This document shows positions 17,757 to 29,077 of a stretch of DNA of 64,000 nucleotides, piece by piece. A program made the translations under genes and the position numbers. The notes under the pieces are model-generated. The model made no database searches, was not told the DNA's origin, and was given only the letters and a program-made list of their open reading frames with translations. Source of the stretch: the human T2T-CHM13v2.0 reference genome, Homo sapiens. The DNA is taken from assembly GCF_009914755.1 (NCBI RefSeq), contig NC_060947.1, one strand, 5' to 3'. Positions within the stretch are counted from its first letter, which is position 1. Each line of letters opens with the position of its first letter.

Positions 17757-17893
17757 AAGAAGAAAGGCCTTAATCCAGTCTATCATTGATGGACATTGGG
17801 AACATGTATACATATGTAACAAACCTGCACGTTGTGCACATGTACCCTAGAACTTAAAGTATAATAAAAAAAAAAAAGAAGAAGAAAGGCCTT
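17757..17893 (+). mobile_element. Miniature twin-primed L1PA insertion with 15-bp TSD
   Basis: TSD aagaagaaaggcctt at 17757-17771 and 17879-17893; 29-bp inverted L1 piece 17772-17800; sense L1 3' terminus and A tail 17801-17878. Confidence 0.9.
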
Positions 17894-18599
17894 CAGTATT
17901 ACTGGGGGCTCTAAGAAGGTTCCTTGGAGTAGATAGGATTTGAACTTCAATTAGAAGAATGGGTAGTTCTTTTGTCACAGATCCAGAGGAAAGAAAGGGC
18001 CTTGGAGGAAGAATGGTGTGAGCAAAAGATGGCAAAAAAGTGTGGGGAATGACATCAGGACTGAGAGCAGTTCACTGGGGCTGCAGGGGAACAAAATAAA
18101 AGCAATGTTGAGAATGAGGGTAAGAGCAAATTGTGAAGGACTTTGATGAATATGGAAGGTTTGAGATTATCAGAGTTCAAGGTCACTATGTTGTGTTTTA
18201 GGAAGCCTAAGCTGGCAGCAATGTGAATATACTGGGAAGGTGGCAGTTTGGCCTATATAGGAAATGGAGCTTGAGGGAGTTGCCTAAGACCAAGCGTATT
18301 AGATTTTGAGCCACTGTTCATTGGACACTTCTCACTTTCTCTTAATAGAAAAACAAATTAAAAATCTGAATTGCATTAGTGTCCATTCATTGACAACTGC
18401 TGTTTTCAGTCTGGTCTTCTGACACTGCATTACTTTTGTTATGCGCTGGACTCGGGAATGCTCCTGGCCCCTTGTGACCACCCGAAACAAGGCTCACATT
18501 CCTCTGACCTTTCAAATAAATCATTGTTAATAAATACGTTTACGCTGGAAACATGTGAGAGCTTTCAACAGCTCTATTTTAAAGAATATTTTTTAAAAA

Positions 18600-19045
18600 T
18601 TGTGAATTGCAAAGACATAAAACAAACCTACGTGTCCATCAACCAATGAGTGGATAAAGAAAATGTAGTATATATACACCATGGAATACTACTCAGCCAT
18701 AAAAAAGGAACAGAATAATGTCTTTGGCAGCAACTTGGATGGAGCTGGAGGCCATTATTCTAAGTGAAGTAACTCAGGAATGGAAAACCAAATACCATAT
18801 GTTCTTGCTTATAAGTTAAAACTAAGTTATGAGCATACAAAGGCATACAGAGCAATATAATGAGCTATAAAGACTCAGAAGGGGGATGGTAAAAGGGGGA
18901 CAAGAGATAAAAAATGATATATTGGGTACAATGTACACTACTCAGGTGATGGGGGCACTAAAGTTTCAGACTTCACCACTATAAAATTCACCCATGTAAC
19001 CAAAAACCATTTGTACCCCAAAAGCTATTGAAATAGAGAAATTTT
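18600..19045 (+). mobile_element. 5'-truncated L1PB-type 3' end
   Basis: ccatcaaccaatgagtggataaagaaaatg...gtaaccaaaaaccatttgtaccccaaaagctattgaaata. Confidence 0.85.
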
Positions 19046-20208
19046 AAAATATTTGTGCAAATTTTCTGAAAAAAGCCCGTTGAAAATGGATTAAGGTGAG
19101 CTGTTAGCATGATAGATGGAATGACATTTTACAAAAAGAAAATAGGCACAATAACACATTTGAGATTTGATTGTTGAAATTATAGTCCTTTTCTCAGTGG
19201 TCAGATGGAATAAAAGGTCAGAGTCACCATTTTCTCCACAGAAAGCTGCTGAAGTTATAATTTTAATATGGATGCATTCCATAAATAAAAAGAGGTTTTA
19301 CAGTGCTCTATAAACTAGCCTCTGTTAGAATAGCAAATGTTCAAGTCATTTAAGATATTAACTATGACTCAGTGCACATTTAAGATAATCAAAATACTAA
19401 CAATGAACTCTTTGAATCTGAATATTAGGAATGTAGAGAAGGGTAGTTTTGGAAGGTCCAGAAACTTTGTTCACATGATGAACACTGGCCCAAAGCAGTG
19501 CCTGGATAGCAACATGAGTGATGCTCACTTCATGTGGTCTGGCCGGTACTTCTTCACATTAAATGCAATTCGTTTTCTTGACGTATATTAAGTGTTTCTC
19601 TTTCCCTTAAAGGACTATTTAAGCTTTCAAAATATAGTGTGTTATAACATGAGGAAGGCATTGAAATGTCATCTTTATATAGCTCTGGTAAATAGTGGGA
19701 GCTTTTGCCGTCAGTCTACAAAATCTTAAATGATCTTGCCTATGATCTACTACTTAATAGGTGAGTGGAATCAATACTAACTTGATGGACAGTAATTCCT
19801 CACATGAAAATAATGTGGGAAAAGGTTTCTTTTTGCCACAGCTTGCAACTTCCTCACAATCACATTCCATTCCTAAGAAATTGGCCTTTGCACCATAAGT
19901 GTCTTCATATACTTGCTCATGAATATCTGACCTTAATTGGTAAGAACATACCTATACATGCACAGGTATCAAAATATATTTGGCTGAGGAGCCTGGCTTT
20001 AAAGAAACATGGAGTAATGAAGGAGGATACCACAGATGAAGTGTGAGAAATGGGAGCAGAGCTAGAGAAAAAGAGATGAAGGAGTAACAAAGAGATGGAC
20101 AGAGCTGGAAGAGACAGTCTTACCGTCACTGTTCTCATGAATTATTTAAGCTGGTTTACTATTCAAAGATTTAAGGTAATTGACAAAAGCAAAGCTGAAG
20201 TCTTGGAT

Positions 20209-20443
20209 CTGTGCTGGCCAAAATGTTAGCCACTAACTATATGTCGTCATATAAATTTAACTGTACATTAATTAATATCAAATACGATGAAAAACTCCAT
20301 TTTTTATTCAGATTAGCCGGATTTCAAGTGCTCAAGAGCCATATGTGACAACTGGCTATCATATCAAATAGCAGCTATCATAGCAGAAAGTGTGGATGTA
20401 GAACATTTCTATCATTGTAGAAAGCTCCAGTGGACAGCATTGT
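20209..20443 (-). mobile_element. MER3-like hAT-Charlie MITE
   Basis: tttcaagtgctcaagagccatatgtg...tagaacatttctatcattgtagaaagctccagtggacagca. Confidence 0.7.
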
Positions 20444-20576
20444 TCTAAACCATTATTTCAGACATGACTTGATGGACCGTCCATAACACTGCCAGGCCAC
20501 TTCCTTCTGCAGGTCTGTTCTCTCTGCCTCATAACTTGCCTCTGTGTAAATTTAATCTACTTTCCAACCTGTTTAA

Positions 20577-20898
<322 letters not shown>

Positions 20899-20944
20899 CC
20901 TGGTGTTCTTAATGTTAGATTACTTGATGGTTTCAATCAACAAT

Positions 20945-21150
20945 GATGATAACAATAGTTAACATTTACTGAAGACTTATTATGTTTGTACCAGGTACTT
21001 CAAAGCATTAGATTTATATAATATATTCAATCATCACAACTCATTTTACAGAGGGGGAAACTGAAGTAACAAGAGGTTAACACTGCCTCCAAAGTCATAC
21101 TGCTAGCAGGTGGCAGATCAATATCTGAACTGAGGCAGTTTGACCAAATT
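20945..21150 (-). mobile_element. MIR
   Basis: cattttacagagggggaaactgaagtaacaagaggttaac. Confidence 0.65.
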
Positions 21151-21729
21151 ACTGAATGTTTTACAGGATTTTGAGATAATGGAGTAAAAAACAGAGTTAT
21201 GTACTTTGAGACCTTACAACTAAATCTACAAAAATAGCAAAATTAAGTAAATAGTAAACTATTCCAAAAAAAATGATAAGCATCAAGAGATTTAGGCCCC
21301 ATGATGAAAAGTGCATTTTCCACTAATATGGAGCAAGCTTCTCAAATTACAGGTTTTTGAATGAAGACTTGTTAAGTAGTCACCTTACCTGCTTCAACTG
21401 CAAGTAATGTAAGAGAACATACAAACAAACAACTACCATCTTGGCATTCTCTATGTACACACACCTCCCTGTAAAGAAATGTAAAGGTCAGACCTGTTCT
21501 ATGAGAAAAACCCCACTGTGACTGGATAAAGAAATTACAATCGTTTGAATATAGGACAGATTAAGGAGACACCATGAGGCAGGAAGCACATTAGTTGGGA
21601 AATGAAAATACCTATATTCCAGTACTGGCTTTGCCACTGGTTAACAAGCATTGGTACCTGGGATTAGTCCATTCTTTTTTCGAGGTATCAGTTGGCCCAA
21701 CAACAAAATAAGGGAGGAGTAGATAAGAT

Positions 21730-22534
21730 CAGAGATTTTCTTTTTTTTTTTATATTATTATTATACTTTAAGTTTTAGGGTACATGTAAACAATGTGCAG
21801 GCAAATTTGGGTATCTGACTTTCCAAAGAGTGAGTAGCCTGGTATATCTTCCTACCATTTGTATATTCCTTTTTTTTTCCATTTCAATTTCCACAATGAC
21901 CTTTTTCCCATTTGACAAAAGAGAGACAGACATACTTCTCATCCTGAATTTTAGTATGGAGCATTGTACCAGAGGGCAAGATCCTCTGGGGTACCAAACA
22001 ACAAAGAAGGGATTCAAGGACACAGAGACTCCTGAAAAAGAGTCCCTGGAGAGCAAAGCAGAGTGTTTGGGTAAGAAATATTGATGAGGCAGTGCCTTTA
22101 TCTCATCCAAGTGACAAACCATGGCAAGGCTCTGTACCTTAGCTACCTATCTTTATGTTAGAATTCAGTAGCGAGATGCTTGTCACAGGGGAATATAATG
22201 AAATCAGACTCTTTCAAACAGAAAGCCAGTCTGAGTTGGCAGGCTGGTTTGACAATGAGGACTGGTTTCACTATTGAGGTTACATGGCAGACATTTCCCA
22301 TAAACTGAATGAGTTAATTGAGTAATGCCAAGGCTGTGATAAAAATGTACTTAAAATGTATAATCAATATGCAATATGCTGAAAGTTATTTCCTTCATAA
22401 CCATTTAAACTCATGATTAAAATGTATATACATATATCTCAATATAAAGATGTATGAACAGTTATGTAGTTTTTCAAAATGTTTTTTTTCCTTTTAGAGG
22501 GGATATAAGCAAAAAGAGAAATTGAGGATCACCA
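21730..22534 (+). mobile_element. Charlie4-like hAT DNA transposon derivative with transposase remnant; left TIR split by an L1 tail
   Basis: Degenerate TIRs (cagagattttc|aaatttgggta ... ttgaggatcacca); 22257-22346 translates EDWFHY*GYMADISHKLNELIE*CQG, matching the Charlie/Buster hAT motif W..LAYLADIF.KLNELN..LQG. Confidence 0.75.
21741..21801 (-). mobile_element. 61-bp young L1PA 3' terminus
   Basis: Poly-T then ttattatactttaagttttagggtacatgtaaacaatgtgcagg. Confidence 0.88.
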
Positions 22535-23234
22535 AAATAGATATTCTGAAAAGTCTGTCCATCTCTATCAGTCTGGGCTTCTCTAATGTTCAGAAGCACT
22601 TTTTACCCATTCCTTTTAATCCCCGAGCCAAGCCTTACCTGATTTTCAGTCTTCAGAATTTGTATTACTGGATTCTGCAAATCTCCTTGAAACATGTAGC
22701 ATCCTACCTTTCAAATTCTTAAGTAGAAATCAAAAAGAATATACTACTTCATCTCTCTCCTGGCTCATGAGTGATGATCAATAATAATTTCATGTTGTCT
22801 TTACCATGAGGACTTGATTAGGGAGAGAATGTTTTCTTTTAAAAACCAAATTTTGCATTAGTTGACACTTTGTTCCTGCAATTAGCTACAAAATGCAATA
22901 CAATTGCTAACACTCTTCCCATGAAACAGCTGCTTGATAAATTCTAATAATCTTCAGAGAATACAGAGAATAGTAATGATCGTCATCACTATGGATGCTT
23001 CCAGAAGTGTGGTTTTTTTTTTTTTTTGCATTAATGGCAAGGAAAGCATAGAAGAAATTTGTGTTTAGGAGAAATACAGGTTGTTTTCTGGATGATAAGA
23101 ATGAATAGGGTTTGCTTGTAGATGCCCATTCATTTTGGTGACTTCTTAATGTATGTATTCAGTTTACAGACAAAAAAATGAAAGTGAACAAAAAAGTCAA
23201 ATAGAACAGAGAAGATAAATAGGAGGAAGGTTTC

Positions 23235-23646
23235 CATTCACATATTAGGAAACATACATTGAAATCCTAATATGTACAAGGCCTTGGGTTAAGCACTAGG
23301 AGTAGAAAAATACAAATAAGATGCAGTCCCTGCCCTCTACAAGCTCATGGTTCAATATGGGATGAAATCAGAAACAAAACTGTCAAGTTTTGTTTATTTC
23401 ATTCTTATGGCAATGATGCCTTAAGAGTGGAATGCTATGAGAACACAGAAAAGGGACATCTGAGGAGATTCTAGGGCCAATAAGAAAAGCTTTTTGGACA
23501 AAGTAGTGCTTGTGATAAGACTGGAAGATTGAGCAAAAAATAGAGGAAAAGGGTACTCTAGGTAGAGAAACAACAGGTACAATGGCAACAGGATGTGAAA
23601 GAACTTGGCCCCGTTGGATAAACACAGCTGGAACAAAATTGTGTGC

Positions 23647-23679
<33 letters not shown>

Positions 23680-23860
23680 CGAACACAAGGGAGGAGGCTT
23701 ATCCTGATGAGAAATGAGGCAGTTGAGAATCAGGGCTCTATATGCCATACTAAGGAATGCAAGAATTATTCTGAAGAAATGATCCTATTTTGAGCAACCA
23801 TGATATGTCAGGTATATACCAACATGCTAGGAGTGAATGGGAAGAAATGAGGATGGATAG
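23235..23860 (-). mobile_element. Degraded L2 containing (CA)n at ~23649-23677
   Basis: aataagatgcagtccctgccctctacaagctcatgg; atgccatactaaggaatg antisense L2 motifs. Confidence 0.6.
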
Positions 23861-25156
23861 GACATATTCTGTACATCATCATTCACCCACACAGCGTTCC
23901 AGAAAATGCTCAATCAGCCTGCTCCATCAGGCTCAGGTGATACAGTCCAACAGCCCAGCCCATTTGGACCACAGTTCACAGAGAGGTAAAAATTGGGAAC
24001 CAGCCTACCTTATTAAACTCATTCTCAATACCCACCCACAAGCAAAAGGCATTTAATTCTAGACTTGGTGGCCATGCCATGAAGCCCTTCTCATACTCAG
24101 TCCCCTTACCCTTTTTCTCACATCTTATTTCTCTCTCTCTCCCACATATCTCTTGGTTCATCCAATTCCTTTGCTCTTACCGCCTGCCTTAATCTGGCTC
24201 CCAGAATCAGTCACCAGTTGGTGTTCAGAATCAAGGATCACACTGGACATCTGATCAGAGCCAAGCAGTTTGACAAGGCTTGGAAGAAGAGTCAGAAAGG
24301 GTGTGTTAAATACTATTGCTGTGTGGCCACTTTAGCGAGCATGAGGATAGAAGTATAACTAACAGCGGAGGACATGATTAATGTGGTAGAATGGCCTCAG
24401 CTCAAGTGGCTTTTTATGGTTGAAGGATATAATCAAGGTTGGGAGAAGGTTGTTAAGGTCAGGAATGCAGGTGTGACCAGAGAGAGGTTGGGAACAGGTC
24501 TGGGAAATTTATCTGAGTTGTTGGGTATCATCAGGATTCAGGGATATGATTTTGTTAAGGGACGTAGTTGTGCTTGGAATATGGTGAGAGCTGAAAGATG
24601 GAATGCTACAAGGGACAGGGAGCCATTATACTGTATTTTTTTTCTCTGATTTCAAGCTCCACCATTGTCTGTGCTTTAACAATATTCTCAGCCCTTCTCC
24701 TGTGAAACGTTATTTTCCTTTTCCAGTCCCTCCACATAGTCAGGACACATCTATGTTAAAGAAAACAAAAGAGGACAAAACCCCAGCTCAGAAGGTGTGT
24801 ATTTGAATGAGGAACAGATTATTACTAGTGGGGGAAAACGGCTTCTGCATTTCAGTAACGCATTTCTGCATGCAGACTCAGGGATTCATAGAGGAAGTTG
24901 CACAAGAAAGGCTGAAGAAATAATCATTTCAGCTAAATATGATAGAATCCATGCCCTCACAGACTGGTAGAAGAGAAACTTTAATACATATGATTTAGTG
25001 GCAGAGCAGTCATCAGCACAAACTGGAGTGGGAAAAGTACGCCCAAGGAATCAGAAGGCCAAGGTTCTCATCCAGGCTCTGCCACCAGATAGTTTAGAGT
25101 CTTTGGGCAAATAACATTCTTCTTTGACCCTCAATTTCTCCATCTCTAAAATGGGA

Positions 25157-25714
25157 TTTGATTTGCCTTTCCCTGTTGATTAGTGATGGTGAACATCTTT
25201 TCATATGCCTGTTGGCCATTCGTATGTCTTTTTCTTTGGAGAAATGTCTATTTAAGCAATTTACCAATTTTTAAATGGCAATATTTGTTTTTTGCTATTC
25301 AGTTGTAGGAGTTCTCTACATATTTTGGATATTAACCTCGTATCAGATATATAGTTTGCAAATATTTTCTCTCATTCTGTACGTTGCCTTTTCACTCTAT
25401 TATTTCCTTTGCTGTACAGATGCTTTTTACTTTGATGCAATCCCACTTGTTTATTTCTGCTTTTGTAGCCTGTACTTTTAGTGTAATATCTAAGAAATCA
25501 TTGCCAAGATCAATGTCAAGAGGCATTTTCCCCATGTTATCTTCTGGGAGTTTTACAGTTTCATATTTTACATTTAAGACTCTTTTTGTAGTTGATTTTT
25601 GCAAGTGGTGGGAGACGGGGTCTAATTTTATTCTTTTGCATGTGGCTATCCAGTATTTCCAGCACCATTCATAGAAGAGGCTATTCTTGGCACCCTTATC
25701 AAAGATAAGTTGAT

Positions 25715-25750
<36 letters not shown>

Positions 25751-26335
25751 TTTATTTCTGGGGAAATGTAAATCAAGACCACAGTGAGAGATCATCCCAT
25801 ACCTGTTAGGATGGCTACTATCAAAACAAAACAAAAACTACCAGGTGTTAGTGAGAATGCTGAGAAATTGGAACCTATATACACTGTTGGTAGGAACGTA
25901 AAATGGGGCAGCTGCTATGGAAATCAGTATTGAGTTTCCTTAGAAAATTAAAAATAGAACTACCATATGATCTAGCAATACCATTTTTGAGTATTTACAC
26001 AAAAGAATTAAAATCAGGATCTTGAAAAGATATTTGGATTCACATGTTCATTATAGTATTATTCACAACAGCCAAGATATGGAAACAACCAAAATGCCCA
26101 TTGATAAATGAATGAATACAGAAAACTTGGTGTAGACGTACAATGGGATAGTGTTCAGCATTCGACTGGTATAAAGTTTCAGTTATGAAAGATGATTAAG
26201 TTCTAGAGATCTGTTATAACATTTTGCCTATAGTTATATGACATTTTGCCTATAGTTATCAATACAGTAGAATGCACTTAAAATGTGTTTAAAAAGAAAG
26301 GTCTCATGGTAAGTATTCTTACCAAAATTGCAAAA
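25157..26335 (+). mobile_element. 5'-inverted L1MA9-like insertion inside a MIR (inverted part 25157-~25760, sense part ~25761-26335)
   Basis: Antisense ORF2 (ORF 25392-25604, DIDLGNDFLDITLKVQATKAEINKWD) abuts a sense ORF2 end and L1MA 3'UTR; (TA)n at 25717-25746; MIR halves on both sides. Confidence 0.8.
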
Positions 26336-26440
26336 AATGAGGAGCTTTGACTAGTGAGCAATAAAGACCAGTGCTAGAAGAAACCTCAGCATTTTGTTTA
26401 TGGTTTTGTTTTGCTTTGTTTTTTAAGAAGAAGCAAGGTA

Positions 26441-26732
26441 GGGTGGGCACAGTGGCTCACACCTGTAATCACAGGACTTTGGCAGGCCAAGGCGGGCAGA
26501 TCACTTGAGCCCAGGAGTTTGAGATCAGTCTGGCCAACATGGCAAAACCTCATCTTTACTAAAAATACAAAAATTAGCCGGGCATGGTGGCACATGCCTG
26601 TAGTACAAAGTACTCAGGAGTTTGAGGCAGAAGAATCGCTTGAACCCGGGAGGCGGAGGTTGTAGTGAACCGAGATTGCACCACTGCACTCCAGCCTCCA
26701 GCCTGAGGGGGAAGAGTGAGACTCTGTCAAAC

Positions 26733-26733
<1 letters not shown>
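26441..26733 (+). mobile_element. Old Alu (AluJb/AluSz-like)
   Basis: Full dimer, CpG-decayed, cacttgagcccaggagtttgag; target aagaagaagcaaggta at 26425-26440, with agcaaggta repeated at 27151-27159. Confidence 0.92.
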
Positions 26734-27143
<410 letters not shown>

Positions 27144-27190
27144 CAGCAGCAGCAAGGTAAAGGTAAAAATGTACTGAGGTCCTATGTCAG

Positions 27191-27193
<3 letters not shown>

Positions 27194-27227
<34 letters not shown>
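27194..27227. repeat. (TG)17 microsatellite
   Basis: Read directly from the sequence. Confidence 0.95.
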
Positions 27228-27231
<4 letters not shown>

Positions 27232-28369
27232 AATTTTTGTATTTTTTAAGAGCAATGAGGCAACACTGTCATCATTTCTCATTAAAATGAAAATACAACT
27301 GGGGATGTTCCCCAGTCACAAAAATTACCTACAGTACAAATAGGATAAAGGCAGTTTGGGGGAATATTAATGACATCACACTTAATCATACTAATGTCTC
27401 TTACTTAGGTAGTAGCTTCCTCCTGAGGAACTCAAATGATGCATCCCTACTTTTTTCATGCTTGTCCTCATGACACCTCTGTGAAGTAAGGAAACAAAAC
27501 ATCAACATCCTCCATTAGGCCTATGTGGAAGGAAAAGTTTAGGCTGTGTCTAGATCACACTGAATATGTTGTGACAAGCAACTAAATGTTTCACAGATTT
27601 ACAGAAAGGAACTGATGTCCTGGATTTTGGTTTTGGTTTCTGTTTGTTTTTAACCAGCTAAGTTAACAAGGTTCATAGAATCACAGAGTTTTACAGAAAC
27701 ACACAGAGAGGAGAGGACAGTGAATAGTGGCAGAGATGGGAAGAGGATTCAAGTCAGCTGTCTCTATCTATGGCTTTCCACCATGCCCCTGCCTACCTAA
27801 TATTCCTGTTAAACAGGATGGAGTCTCCTGTGACAACACCTCTTCAATCATTCTTGTTTATTACAGAGATTAAAAATAAAAGTGATCCTTAATCTAAATA
27901 CCCTACCAACCTCTGTGAGTACAATTGAGAAGATGAGATATATCAGTAGTCCAACAGGCTGGAAGAGCCTGAAAGTGCTTCCAGGTTTTGCACAAGGTCA
28001 CACTGGACTATTCTCAAACCCCAAGACAATGGTTACCTAACAAATATGAGTGATTACTGAATGTGGTTCCTAATTTGCCTAAGTGTCTTATCACTTAGTC
28101 TTAAAGAAATGGGTTATTACTCAAACTATTGTTGTTAGAAAATAAGTAAATAGTAAATAAAAATATTATTTTCTCAGCAGAATGCCTAGCATTGGAATAA
28201 TTTTATTAGGAGAGACTATCATTTTTGATAAATAAAAGCCATCTGGTAATAAAATTAAACGTGACTTTTTTTCTACAAGATGCCTTGAAAGGTGAAAAGA
28301 CTGCTGGCATATGTGGTCTATATAAATATCATATAACTTGGCTACTTGAAGAAAAAAACAGCAAACAGC

Positions 28370-28860
28370 ACACTGTTTATAATCGACTGTTGAATCTGAC
28401 GGTTTTACATGCATTACTTCATTTTATTTTTACAACCAGACAACTTGGCATTATTATTACACTCATTTGACAGATGAAGAACTGGGGCATAGGGAAGTTA
28501 ACAAAGCCAACTAAGGTCACATAGTTTGTAAATGATAGAGATAAAATTCAAACCCAAATAGACTAGCTCCTATGTCTATGTGCCTGGAAATGTACCAATG
28601 GTAGGATTGTTTGTTTTTAATTTTTTGCCCTATAAGAGCAATGGAGTTCAGCTCCATCTCCATGTCTGATCATGGTAATTACGACTAAAGCAGCACTTTG
28701 AACTCATCTATCACAATTTCTTTCATTTTGCTCATGAGAACACTGAGGACTAAGCCAGGTCTAAGATCGAACAATGAGTGAATAGCAGAGCCAGGAATTG
28801 AAACTATGTGCCATTACCTCACACTTCCCCAGCCTGAATTTCTTCCACTACACTATGCAC
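28370..28860 (-). mobile_element. Two MIR fragments
   Basis: catttgacagatgaagaactggggcatagggaagttaa...aaggtcacatag; cattttgctcatgagaacactgagg. Confidence 0.6.
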
Positions 28861-28954
28861 TTGCCCTCTACTGGGCTTCAGCAGCAGCATGTATTACCCC
28901 AACATGGGAGGAAGGAGGGTACATTTTCCCACAAAATGGCAACATTTTAAAAAT

Positions 28955-29077
28955 TGTTTTAAAGACGGGGTCTTACTATGTTGCCTAGGCTGAATTTGAA
29001 CTCCTGGGCTCAAGCAATCCTTTTGCCTCAGCCTCACAGGTAGCTGGGAGTTCAGGGGCACAGCACTGCATCCAGCT
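28955..29077 (-). mobile_element. FLAM monomer
   Basis: agacggggtcttactatgttgcctaggctg...ctcctgggctcaagcaatcc; flanks ggcaacatttt/ggaaacatttt. Confidence 0.8.
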
